From assembly GCA_965644315.1 (NCBI GenBank), contig CBFFRQ010000074.1, positions 3,745 through 67,744 on the forward strand: a DNA stretch of 64,000 nucleotides, written 5' to 3'. Positions 1 through 11,366 of this stretch are shown here, piece by piece (the first letter of the stretch is position 1; the number at the start of each line of letters is the position of its first letter). This DNA comes from Caecitellus pseudoparvulus (Eukaryota; Protista; Bigyra: Bicosoecida). The notes below the pieces were generated by a model. It ran no database searches. It was not told the DNA's origin and saw only the letters and a list, made by a program, of their open reading frames with translations. Both the position numbers and the translations under genes were made by a program.

Positions 1-3000
1 CCATTGTTTGGGCGAGATGGCCAGGCTGGACATGCCAAGATTCATCTGCAATGAGCCTCAAGAAGCGCATGAGCGAGCCAGAGTTGAGGAGCTCTGCTGC
101 CTCGACATCTCTGACGTCACTCTTCAAGTTCTGGAGAGGCTGGAGGTCGGTCTTGAATGACAGTGGCGCTGTGGTCGTGACCAAGAAGCAGATTTGGAGT
201 CTGTCGCGGCCATCCCGCTTGGCGCGACGAAAGACGACAAAGTCGAGGTTGGGGAACGCCTCGTGCATCTGGACAGTGTGGACGCCGTCCACTGGGAGCC
301 CATGCAGCGCAGCAATGTCGGTGAAGGCAACAGTGTTTATGCCCTTGTTATCTAGACGGGGAGAGTCTCGCATACGGCGGAGCTGCAGGAACCCCGAGCA
401 TCGTTGGGGGGTGAGGGCCCAGTTGCCCAGCATCTGCTCTGGCGTCGGTCCGCCTGCAATGGACAGCTGGTCATACTGCCCACCGAACAGCCCCATCTTG
501 AGGAGCATTGCAACACACATAGAATACTGCTGATCGTGTGCAAAGTCTGGCACAACCGCAGCCAATTGCTGCATCGCTTGACTTAGCTCATCTTTGGCGT
601 ACAGGTACAGTTGCTTCTGACTTCTTTCGGTCTCGAGCAGGGCTTCAATCAATGTCTTGAAGCCTGTGTACGTCGAGCATTGTGTGTTGCCAGCGAGGTC
701 CATGTCCAGCGGGTTCTTGCGTTGAAGAACGTAAAAGCTCATCAACATGCCAGCGCTCATCAGCTGCGGGTAGACAGTCGCATCTGCCCCTTTGGCAATG
801 CGTTGCTTGACATGACGTGTCAGGAAACCACCCAAGCGGAGCGATTCGCCCTCGACCAACTGTTTGAAATCCTCGACCACCTTGTCCTTGGTGTGCGAAT
901 GCAGGTCGCAGAGCGGTACAAGTTTAATCAGCATCCGGGGTTCTGCTGCAACATGCTTGACGAACTTGTGCAGCTTGGAGAGGACGTCGGGATCAGACGA
1001 CAGATTCTTGTGGTATCTCCTTGACCACATGAAGTCAGTGACCGTTCCGACCGGCGTGTTTTCAAGCGTGTCTTCTTCATGCTTGCCAGGGCTCGTGTTT
1101 GGGGCCTGTCCACACAACAAGTGCATCGCCAAGTTGTGAGAGAAGTTTCCCAGTTCCATGAACGTGTTCCGCATGTCCGTACGAGGTGGAAACTTGAAGA
1201 ACTCCTTCCTGTCTTTCTTTCCGAAATCGCTCAGACGGTGAACCTCTGGGCCGTACGCAATCACTTTGTTGCATGGGTCAGCCCACGTCAGGAGCTGCTG
1301 CACCACTTGCCAATGTTTGGTATCCCTCGTGCCACGTTCCTCCAGCAGCTCCTCGTGAAGGAAGAATGCGTTCTTAACAATCATCATTCGGGGCGGGGCT
1401 CCGGTTTCGCCTCGTTTAGCAGTGTAGTGTCCCTTGGTTGGGTGGAGCAGCTTTGCCAACGCCCGCCAGCGCGTCGCGCTGTTCTCCAACTCCCCAAACA
1501 GTGAATGCAGCTCTTCACTGACAAGCGCCTCCCCGCATGAGTACCCAAGGCCAAATTCAGCCAGATGGCTGCCCAGGGACAGCATGCTGCGAGACAGAGA
1601 GCATGCAGATGGAAAGAACAACAGGTCACCACCGGCTCCCACAGTGAGCATCAAAGCGAGAGCTTGCAAAGTCGCAGTTTTGCCAGAGCCAACAGGGCCA
1701 GTGACCAACAGCCCGTGTCTGTCGGGTTTGGGAAGTTCTATTGCTCTGGACAGGATCTGTGCTCGTTGGGGTGTCAGGACAAAAGTCATGAGCCCCAAGC
1801 GGTTGGAGCGGCCTGCGTACTCCTTGCTGTCCCATACAACTCCGCCAAAACCAACGGGGAGAGGACGAAGATTAAAGTCGCCTTCAGAATAGGCGACGCG
1901 GCAAGAATCATTTCCTCCATACGGGTGAGAGGGAAAGAATTCCGAGTACGGCAACCGCAGCACCACAGCCTCCAGTTTGCCATCCACGACTACAGGTTGG
2001 CAGCCAGGAGTCCACAGGTCGCCGAGCTCATCCGCCAAACCCTCGGCAAGGTGGTTTGGTGTAGGATCTGCACTTTCTGGATCGGTGAGCATGCTGAGCT
2101 TGTGCAGGAGGGGCCAAGCTTTGGGGTCACGGGCGAGGAACGCTTGCTCTGTGTCGCGCAGCCAGCCGAAGTTGTCCCGGATCATGTCCAGTTCAGCCAC
2201 GCCAAGCCCTTCGAACAGTCTGCTGACATCCTCTTTCGAGCAACCAAGTATCTGCAGGGCCGGGGGCACTTGCAGCTCGCTTGGGCTTTCTCCTGACAGG
2301 CTTGCCTGGATCAGCGCTCGCAGGGTGACTGCGGAGTTTGCCACAGTCGGAGCTGGGTACAAAGTACTCCAGCTCCACTTGTTGCATGGCTGTTGCCTGG
2401 CAGGCTTCAAGTGGTTGCGAATAAACGTTTTCCACAGGTCAGGGCTCACGCTGTGTGGCCCACTGTCAGAAGCAGCGGCCAGCTCAGAAAGCGACCTCCA
2501 GCCACCGTTCCGAAGGCAATGTTGGAGTGTGTCGAGGAAGCGAGCACCAATTAATCCTCCAACATCTGGGGGAGCAAAGAGGCGGAAAGCTGCGCCCAGT
2601 ACGTTCGGATCCAGAAGGGGGAGGACGTGGGAGACGCCTCCCGGTGCCTGTACGTTCCGAGAAGCTGGGTGTACGGGAGCGTGCTGCGCTGGGCATTGCT
2701 GGCACACGCACCGGGCTGTGAACGAATGCGTGCTTGACAGTTAGCTTTGCTGCATCACAGCAAGAACTTGCGTCCAGCTTGGACAGTGCCTCTTTCAGCC
2801 TTTCTTGCCCGCCCAAGCCGTATTTGGCGGCACACTCAAGCACGGCGGCTTGGTCAACACCGTGCATGCTCGCGAGCTCTGCAGCATACAGGGCAGCGCG
2901 TCGAGCTGCAGGCTGTAGGTTCATGAATGCCTCCGTGTTGAATGCTGGAGTCTCTGCGTTGTGCGGCTCCCTTGTGCCGCAAGGTTCAGCCATAGGGCTC

Positions 3001-3625
3001 GAGTCCCACAGCACAGCTCCGTCTGGCCCAAGGAAGGCTAACAAACACGCCTCCAGCCCGCCCAACGCTGCCACGAGGGATGTGTTTACGGTGTCATGGC
3101 ACATCACGCTCCCGATGAAGGCTGGTGACATCAGCTCGCATGCAGCATCAATGCACGGGGGTGCGGCCTGTGCACAAACAAACACACCCGCCGCTCGTGA
3201 CGCTCGCCATCCCCAAGTCGCGCTCAACGCGACGCACGCACCTCGCACTCCGCCAACACGCCCAGCGCCACCTCCACAGCTTGACCGTCTGCCGCACTCG
3301 ACTCCAGCGCATCCACTGCGCCCGCCAGACGCAACTGGTCACTTCCGCTCAGGGCTCCCCACCACGATACACCCTCCAGCCGTGCCCGCCACACCCCGCC
3401 CCCCTCGCCGCTCGCAGCCTCGCCCTGCCCACTGCCCGCCACACTGCTCAGTGACAAGCGAGCAGTGAGCACTGCTAAGGGGTGCGGCGCGGGCAGGAGT
3501 GCCGGCACAGCTGCTGGTGTGGCTGCGCCAACTTCCGCCCTGCCACCACGCAGGCACCGCCAGCGCGGCCGCCCTGCAGCCTGACATGCCCTCACAAGTC
3601 TTGCAGTGTGCAACATGATTGGCAT
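1..3625 (-). CDS. Gene A: modular RHS/Crinkler-like protein (header + helical cassette + P-loop NTPase + REase-like C-terminus), 3' end runs off the window
   Basis: Exons 3625-3242, 3167-2712 and 2647-<1. The GT-AG introns 3241-3168 and 2711-2648 are both phase 0 and restore the frame. The last exon appears open to the window edge, so the ORF track omits it. It contains Walker A LLVTGPVGSGKT (~1676-1711) and HEAFPNLDFVVFRR...ICFLVTT (~175-270), resembling the RHS-type REase motif. Confidence 0.75.
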
Positions 3626-3728
3626 GGGTGTGAAGTGCCTCCCCTGCAGTGCGGGGAGGAGGCGCGATTGCAGGCGGTGTTGTTGTGTCTTGAGGCACTC
3701 TTTGCCAGTGAGTCACAGGTGAAACGCA
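3142..3728. repeat. Direct repeat copy 1 (promoter + header exon + intron 1 of gene A)
   Basis: High nucleotide identity to 6047-6630 (offset ~2.9 kb). Confidence 0.95.
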
Positions 3729-4402
3729 AGGCCTTCCGCTTCTGACAGTACGGCAGGCTGCAGGGCCGCGCAACGCCGCAAGCACATGGCGATTCTTGTC
3801 ATTTTTCGTGGTGAGTGGTGTTCATGTGGACCACCTTGACACACAGTTGGCTGCTGTGGAGCGCTCCCCTGGTCGTACGGACTGAGCATAGTGGCAGTTC
3901 CACGCATGGTGGCAGTTCCACGCACGTGGGCAAGCCTGGAGGCTGCATTTTCGAGTACGTGCAAAGGCATGGTAAGGTGGCAATAAAGTGCGACTCTTTT
4001 GCGCTACAAGCGATACGTGCTCCACGCAGCCCAGCGCCAATCTGCGCGTGCCCCATGACCAAGGACACACGGATTGATATTGGCGGGTGCCATCAAGCGG
4101 TATGAATGCAGAAGTCGGTTCCATTTCCTTGAAGGCCTGTAGAATCAGTGAACGCCATCCGGGGATGCAGGCGCCGTTCACGGATAGTCATCACTCCCAC
4201 CTGCCCCGCAAGAATGCCGTGCGGTTCACTCAGCAGAGCAGCGCGGACCAACACATGCGTTGACAGCAGCGAAAGGGTTGTCAGTGCCCACTTCCTTCCA
4301 CAATACTCTGCTCTTTGCCACCACTTGGATAGGCTATCGTTGCACCAAGGGGCTACAATGTGCGCTGTGAACGCCGACCCCTAGCCCTCACGTGCATCTA
4401 CG

Positions 4403-6530
4403 CTAGCCTCCGCGCAATGCATGCTTGAACTTTACGAGAAAATCGTTCCAAGTGTGGTACTCCTTCACGTAGACCGGGGGAAAGCGGTCGTTTGGGGCCG
4501 CCTCAATCCCATCGATGCTCCTTCTCATGCAAAAGTGCAGGAAGCCCTGCAGGTCTTTGCCTCCAGCGCCTTCAATGGTTTCAGACTCCCAGAACTTGCA
4601 AACAGTCCTCAACACCTGCTGCGTAAGCAGTGCCTGCACCGTTTCCGCATTCACCGATCCCTGCGAAAGGAGCATTCGCTGATGTTCCAGCTGCGGAAGC
4701 CACGCGAGTTGCACAGCCCTGGCTCACGCACCGCTGTCTGCACAAAAGCGTGCTTCGCCATGAGCACCAAATTTTCGGCGAATGATGAGTTTTCCAGATT
4801 CGCGATCGCTTCGGCGACGCGTTTCCTCTCTGGCTCCGGGAGTCGTTGCAGGGTTGGGTGCAGCAAGGCTTCAACATCTGGCCGAACTTGAGCAGCTCTG
4901 ACCGTCACCCAAGCCCACTTTACCTGAAGGTCAATATATTCCCTGCTCCACCGCCCCCGAAACCAGTCGGGATCAGCTCCATCAATCGAGAATGCAAGCG
5001 TTCCGTGCATGTCATGCAGGAGACGCCCAAGGTCAACGCTGAATACATGCTTAAAAAGCTCGACCAGTCCCGGATCCACATCCCCAAACGGCGCCTTGAA
5101 GTCAACCAGTCTTGCCAGTGAGGAGAGCACTTCGGGGTGGAATACTTGCTCCAGTGTCTCAACATTCACTGTCCCCTGCGAGCGAAGCAGTGCAGCAATC
5201 CTGCGGCACACTGCGAGCGTGTCGTGGCAAGTCGCAACGCACTGGAGTCTGCACGAAGGCCAACTTCGCCATGAGCGTGGCTGACTTGTGTTCTCCTGAT
5301 TCTTCCATGGCTGCAATTGCTTTGGCAGCCCGTGTCCGTTCTGGCTCTTGAAGTCGCTGGAGGGCTGGCTCCAGCTGGGCTTCAACCTCTGATCGTATTT
5401 GTGCAGCTCTGATTCTCGCCCATCGATCCTTCAGCTCTTCAGACAGAGTGTGTTCAACAAACGAATCCCAATACTCTCCAATGGGCTTAGGTGGCGCAAC
5501 GAAAGCCCCAAGGTGAATCTCAGCGAGTAGCTCAGTGAGGCTCTTCCCTGAACAGTGGACCCGCAGATCCCGAAAGAACTTGTCCACGATGTCAGAGTTG
5601 GAATGCTTTTCAAAGCAAGAAGGCAAACCATCCAGCACGTCATAAGAAAGGAGCACACAAAGGACCTCCTCATCCAGCGGCTCCTGTGGCACGGTTGGTC
5701 CTGGAGGAATGCCCTCGGTAGCGAGAACGGTGCAAGTGTCGCCTCACTCCACACCTTCTCGTCGTGAAGAGCCTGGCGCATCCGCGATAACATTGCTTCA
5801 TAACGAGATAGCTTCCTGCGGGGAGATCTTCGTCGCGAGAGCAACAAACTTTGGCGAAGCAACGCATCAACCTTCGCCTGGCCAGGATGCCGCACGGGCT
5901 GCGATGCGTCGCCGTACAGATCTGGCGTGCCTGCGAGGCAAGTGCCCACAAACAGCCGAAGATCATCCTCCCATCCAGAGGAGCGGCCGTAAGCTGAAAA
6001 GGCTTGGGAGTACAGCTGAACCCTGGAAGGCTCCAAGGTGAGGAGAGCAGCATCAATGCACGGGGGTGCGGCCTGCGCACAAGCATTCACACCCGCCGCT
6101 CGTGACGCTCGCCATCCCCAAGTCGCGCTCAAGGCGACGCACGCACCTCACAACCCATCAACACACCCAGCGCCACCTCCACAGCTTGACCGTCTGCCGC
6201 ACTCGACTTCAGCGCATCCACAGCACCCGCCAGCCGCCTCTGGTCACTTCCGCTCAGGACTGCCCACCACGAAACATCCTGCAGCCGCGCCCGCCACGCC
6301 CCGCCCTCCTCACCACTCACAGTCTCGCCCTGCCCACTGCCCGCCACACTGCTCAGTGGCAGGCGAGCAGTGAGCACCGCTGCGGGGTGCGGCGCGGGCA
6401 GGACCGCCGGCACACCTGCTGGTGTGGCTGCGCCAACTTCCGCCCTGCCACCACGCAGGCGCCGCCAGCGCGGCCGCCCTGCAGCCTGGCATGCCCTCAC
6501 AAGCTTTGTCGTATGCAGCATGGTTGGCAT
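4403..6530 (-). CDS. Gene B: paralogous header + repeated helical exon cassettes, ~614 aa, no NTPase/nuclease
   Basis: Exons 6530-6147, 6072-5755, 5683-5243, 5175-4732 and 4660-4403. All four GT-AG introns are phase 0 and join five separate ORF-track fragments into one frame. Internal repeat: RAAQxRxxVEAxLxPxLQRLxEPERxR...MAKxAFVQT|GxVNxET. Confidence 0.75.
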
Positions 6531-6630
6531 GGGTGTGAAGTGCCTCCCCTGCAGTGCGGGGAGGAGGTGTCGGTGCCGGTGTTGTTGTGTCTAGAGGCAC
6601 TCTTTGCCAGCGAGTCACAGGTGAAACGCA
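6047..6630. repeat. Direct repeat copy 2 (promoter + header exon + intron 1 of gene B)
   Basis: Matches 3142-3728. Confidence 0.95.
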
Positions 6631-6912
6631 GGGAGGACACTCAATGTACGTGCGTCCTTTGTGGCCAGCCTCAAAAATCAGGAGATCCCTTGGCATACCA
6701 AGCCGCTTCCTCGTCTCACTGCAGGAGGACACAAGTGCGCCCCATTCTCGGCCTGCTCCTGCCAGTTTCACAGATGCGGCAAGCTTTCTCCACACCAACC
6801 ACTGCGGCGTGGTGGCCCCACGCACTGGCATTCAGCAGCCAATGTCACATCATGCTCCAGACTTGATCAAAGGTGTGTCTTTACTTCCTGGGCCCCCCTT
6901 CCACCCCCAGCC

Positions 6913-8514
6913 ATGGCGTTGCTCGCCAGATGCCGAGCCTGGCAGACTTGGAGTCTGAGGCCAGGTCCAGCAGCATGTGCCGGGCAGCTGTGCACTGCCG
7001 CCACCGCCGTGTCTGCATATGGCCTCGTGGGGCAAAGCTTCGAGTCGCTGGGTGTGCATGCAAGCTTGATCGGGCGCCTTGGGCGGACCGGCGTGCACCG
7101 CCCGTCCAAAACGCAAGCAGCTGTGCTTCCGGTTGTGGCAGAAGCGAATTCCGCACCAGACACTGTCTTCCACGCACCTACTGGTGAGTGCTTCCCGCGC
7201 CACCTTCCGCACCACACTTGCCTCGTCCTGTTCTTTGCGTGTGCCCTCCTGCACTGTTTTCTTGCTTGCGCCCAACCGTGCACAGGCTCTGGGAAAACTC
7301 TCGCGTACCTGCTGCCCATGCTGAGCAGCATAGCGGCGCTGCCTGCCCGGCAGCGCACCTTTACCAGCGGGATCATCATGGTGCCCACACGCGAGCTGGC
7401 GTTGCAGGTGGCGGGCATTGCCAGTGCACTGGGCATGCCCTCGGGCAAGCGCCAGAGGAGCCAGGTTTTCGCCCGCTTGGTGGGCAGCCACAAGCACCGT
7501 GCTGGGGGGGGGCGGCAGGCGCCCAGTCCGGACGCCTTGGAGGCTGCGCTGGAGGCCAGCGCCCGCGAGGGAGACTGGCATGTCGCCGTCGCGAAGGGCG
7601 TGCTGACTGCACACAAACTTGCCGCCCTGCAGCGGCGCCCCCCCCACGTCCTGGTGGGCACCCCTCGTGCCCTGGACGCCTGCGTGCCGGGGCTGGTGTC
7701 GGCTTCGCGCCTCAGGCACGTCGTCTTTGACGAGGTGGACAGTCTCCTGCTCCCCCACAACAAGCCCTACGCAGAGTCCCTCATGCAAGTCGTCCGCAAG
7801 GCACGTCACCGGCGGGCGCGTGCACACGCCGAACCCACCCCGCTGCAAGCCCTGCTCTGCGGCGCCGTGCCCACCTCCACCACAACCGCATTCGCCGCCA
7901 GTCATTGCCGGGCAGGGTGGCGGTCTGTGGACGTGCTGGCTGGGGGACAGGTGGACGCGGCGCCCGACACCCCGCCGCCCAGCAGCCTCGTCGGTCGCCT
8001 GCCCTCCCACCTGCACCACCGGGCCATCGTCACCTCCTCCTCCCTCGCTGCTGAGGTGCCTGCAGCCGTGGGCGCGGGGGGTGGGCCCACCCTGGTCTTC
8101 GTCCCCAGCGCTGGCGTGGGGGAGGAGGTGCAGGCGGCGCTCAGTGCCGCGGGCGTCAAGGCGGCCCTCTTCGGCGGTGCAGGCATGGCGCTGCAGCACA
8201 AGCGCCGGCTCATGCGGCGCCTGCGCGAAGGCCGTGTCGCGGCAGTGGTGGCGACAGACGCGCTGAGTCGGGGCCTGGACCTGCCCCGCCTGGCGCACGT
8301 GGTGAACGTTGGCGCACCGCCGGACGCGGCGACGTACCTGCACCGCGCCGGGCGTGTGGGGCGGCTGGAATCTGCGCGGCCCGGCTCGCCGCGCCCTGCC
8401 TCCACCACGGTTCCTGTGCGGCAAGGGCTCGTCACCTCCATCGTGGGGGGGCAGGAGGGGTGGACTGCTCTGCAGGGCCACGCCGCGCAGCTGGGCATTG
8501 AATTCACGCGTTGA
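6913..8514 (+). CDS. DEAD-box RNA helicase (DEVD variant), possibly organellar
   Basis: APTGSGKT after removing intron 7184-7285; PTRELA, VGTP, FDEVD, SRGLD and HRAGRVGR motifs. Confidence 0.88.
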   Translation: MALLARCRAWQTWSLRPGPAACAGQLCTAATAVSAYGLVGQSFESLGVHASLIGRLGRTGVHRPSKTQAAVLPVVAEANSAPDTVFHAPTGECFPRHLPHHTCLVLFFACALLHCFLACAQPCTGSGKTLAYLLPMLSSIAALPARQRTFTSGIIMVPTRELALQVAGIASALGMPSGKRQRSQVFARLVGSHKHRAGGGRQAPSPDALEAALEASAREGDWHVAVAKGVLTAHKLAALQRRPPHVLVGTPRALDACVPGLVSASRLRHVVFDEVDSLLLPHNKPYAESLMQVVRKARHRRARAHAEPTPLQALLCGAVPTSTTTAFAASHCRAGWRSVDVLAGGQVDAAPDTPPPSSLVGRLPSHLHHRAIVTSSSLAAEVPAAVGAGGGPTLVFVPSAGVGEEVQAALSAAGVKAALFGGAGMALQHKRRLMRRLREGRVAAVVATDALSRGLDLPRLAHVVNVGAPPDAATYLHRAGRVGRLESARPGSPRPASTTVPVRQGLVTSIVGGQEGWTALQGHAAQLGIEFTR

Positions 8515-9679
8515 GGCTGCCGTGGAAGCTGATGTCCCGCAGGAGGGGCTGGGACAGCTTGCTGCTGCTGCTGTCGCCTGCAGGCGCAGCCAGGTCGGGG
8601 GGGTGCGCACCCCCCCCCGCCTGCCCCTCTGACACCGGCGGCTGCTTGTGGCAGCAGGGCACCGCCTCCGCCTCCTCAGCCACCAGCGCTGCGTTGAAGC
8701 CCACCAGGACATTCTGCAGGGCGACGGAGTTGGCCAGGAGGATGGACGCCAGCACTCGGTAGGCGTGGTCGGCGCTGTTGCCCTGCACGATGGCCACCAA
8801 CTGCCACACGGCGCCCGGCGTGAAGGTGCAGAGGATGGCCACCAGGAAGAACGGCACACCCGCGCCGTGGAAGTCCCACGCCCACATGAGCTGCCCCGCA
8901 CTCTCCGCCACACCCATCACCAGCGCCACGAACTGGGGCCCCGTCACGCCCCGCACCAGCCCTGCCGCGTCCCAGAACAAGTACCCCACCGCAGGCGCCG
9001 CCACCAGCCCCACGACACGCCATGTGCCGCCTGGCTGGGTGGTGGGCCAGTGCGACCGGTGGTCGGAGTCCGTGTACAGCCAGTGCATGAACACCACCGC
9101 AGCCAGCACCAGCAGCGCGTCGGTGCCCAGGAACAGCCCGAACTGCCAGCTGGCGTCCTCCAGCGTCGGCAGCAGCTCCTGCCCCGCCTCGTCGGGGCTC
9201 ACGCCGTACAGCGCCATGAGCTGCCACAAGAAGTCCCGCAGCAAGTTCTGCAGCACGGGCAGGTCGCCCAGTGCCCAGAACAGGCGGCGCAGCAGGGGCT
9301 GCTCCTCGGCAGGGCGCAGGCCAGGCTCGGGCGTCACGGCCATCTCGTACTGCACCGTGCGGTGCGCGTGGGAGGGCATGGCTGCCAGCTTCGCGACGAT
9401 GAGGGCGATCTGGGCGATGTTCAGCAGCGCGCAGGCTGCCAGGCGCTGCGCAGCTTCGTCACTCTCCAGACTCAACGGGCCAGTGTCGTGCGGCGATGCT
9501 TCGTACCACTGCGCCACCGACGCCAGGCTCCAGAGGGCAACGAGGAGCACGACATCAGACAGAGTGAACAGCGCCAGCATGAAGCGCGACGTGGACCTCT
9601 TGCGCTCGTGGTGCTCGCTGTCATGCTCCGCATGCGGAGGGGGGCCAATTTCCGCAGCGCCCTGGGGCTGCGCCGCCAT
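8504..9679 (-). CDS. Multi-pass membrane protein, unknown function
   Basis: Long ORF from MAAQPQG with about 6-7 hydrophobic segments. Confidence 0.6.
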   Translation of the reverse strand: MAAQPQGAAEIGPPPHAEHDSEHHERKRSTSRFMLALFTLSDVVLLVALWSLASVAQWYEASPHDTGPLSLESDEAAQRLAACALLNIAQIALIVAKLAAMPSHAHRTVQYEMAVTPEPGLRPAEEQPLLRRLFWALGDLPVLQNLLRDFLWQLMALYGVSPDEAGQELLPTLEDASWQFGLFLGTDALLVLAAVVFMHWLYTDSDHRSHWPTTQPGGTWRVVGLVAAPAVGYLFWDAAGLVRGVTGPQFVALVMGVAESAGQLMWAWDFHGAGVPFFLVAILCTFTPGAVWQLVAIVQGNSADHAYRVLASILLANSVALQNVLVGFNAALVAEEAEAVPCCHKQPPVSEGQAGGGAHPPDLAAPAGDSSSSKLSQPLLRDISFHGSLNA

Positions 9680-9954
9680 CGTTGCTCCAACAGCACTTTC
9701 ATAGGGAGGTGGAAACGACTGCGCGCATGGCGCGGGCCACACTGCACGTGGCGTGCAGAAGTGTCCCCGCACTGGAGATGCCCCTGCTTGGGGCCCCGTC
9801 GCTTGACTTGAAGGTGCAGTCTCGCCTGGCTTCTGCTGCCTCTGGCTTCACCGCGCTGCCCACACAGGGCGCCACACCCCCGCCCTGCGCACCCACATCG
9901 CAAGCGTAGTCTCGAACACGCACCTGTCACCACTACCTCGCTCCTCGTCACGGC

Positions 9955-11254
9955 ATGGCCAGGCTCGCCATCGTCGCCTCCTGCACGCCAGCCACTGGCA
10001 ACCTGCACACCGCACTGCGCCTGCGCAGCCTCCTGCAGCGCCTCAAACACACCGTGCAGCTGCTGGACTGCCACTCCCCACACCTGCACCGCGAGCTACA
10101 GGCCTCTGATGCCGAGCTCTTCATCGCAGTGCACGCGCTCCGTTCCGGCCTACCCTGCCTGCGAGCTGGCGTGCGCTACCTGCTCCTGTGCGGAGGTGAG
10201 GCGACCCAGACTGCACCGCTGCCCCAGCGCCCTCACACCGCCCCCACCTGTCCCCTGTCTCGCAGGCACAGACGTGAACGTGCACGCGAGTGAGCCAGCG
10301 CGCCGCCAGCGCCTGTGCGCCGTGGTGGCTGGTGCGGTGCAGGTGCTGGTGTTCACACCCGCCATGGAGGCCCGCCTAGCCGCAGCACTGGCGCTTGCTG
10401 CCGGCGAGGAGGAGCATGCCGCCGCAGTGCCTGCGCCTATCGTGCTGCCCCAGGCGGTGGACGTGTCGGAGGCGGCGCCCCCCGACAGCCTGCCCTGCCT
10501 GCGCAGCCTGTGTGGCGTGCCAGCTGACATGCCCCTGGCACTGCTGCCCGCTGGCATCCGCCCCGTCAAGGACGTGGGTTTCGCTGTGACGGCCTTCCAG
10601 GCAGCCAACGCCACTGCCCTGCGAGCTGCCTTGGTGGTGGTGGGCCCACACCTTGACCCAGGCGAGCTGGCCCGCCTCGACAGCTACCTGCCTGGCCTGC
10701 AGAACGCAGCCACGGCGCTGCCTGGGCCAGGCGAGGCGCTGGCAGCGCAGGCGGAGGCAACCCCCCTGGCTTCCTGCAAGGGCGTCTTCCTCTTGCCCCC
10801 CGTGGACCGCCCCACTCTTCTTGGCTGGATGCAGCAGGCCACCGCCGTCCTGAACAGCAGTGTGGCGGAAGGCATGCCGAATGCTGTGTTGGAGGCCATG
10901 GCGCTGGGCACGCCAGTCGTTGCGCGGCGCAACGAGGGCACTGTGGCCCTGCTGCAGGCGCCGGCAGCAGACGCCGCGGAGGGGAGTGGCTGCTGCCGTG
11001 GGGTGCTGGTGGACGGGGGAGAGGCCATGGTGCAGGCGGTGCAGGACGCCGGTGCCGCGGGCGAGGCCGTGCAGGCCATGGTGCAGGCTGGCAAGGCAGC
11101 TGTGGAAGAGTGCTTCTCCGCCGCTGCGGAGCAGGCAGCATGGGCTGGCATTCTGGAGAGCGCCCTTTCCCCAACGCCAGCCGCCGCGGCAGGCGGGGCG
11201 GCGCAGCCGCCCGCTGCAGAGGACGACGCCGGTCAAAAATACACACCCCTGTGA
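9955..11254 (+). CDS. GLT1D1: Glycosyltransferase family 1 (GT4-fold) domain protein, GLT1D1-like
   Basis: [11 protein letters not shown]-terminus; GGTDVN after intron 10196-10265; AGIRPVKD and [29 protein letters not shown]. Confidence 0.8.
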
Positions 11255-11366
11255 TTCACCACAGCATGATCCCCATGGGCGTTGCCGTTGCCACCCTAGC
11301 CCTCTGCTCGTGACCCACCGTGCCCCCGTTGGTGCGGACTTTGAGCAAAAACGCGCACCTGCCACC

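Noticed and set aside
2648-2743. Apparent frameshift in gene A
   Set aside because: It is explained by a 64-nt GTGCGT...TACAG intron.
51-2744. Plus-strand ORFs at the left end
   Set aside because: They are antisense shadows of gene A's last exon.
3889-3926. 18-nt tandem duplication TGGTGGCAGTTCCACGCA between genes A and B
   Set aside because: Only two copies, with no supportable function.
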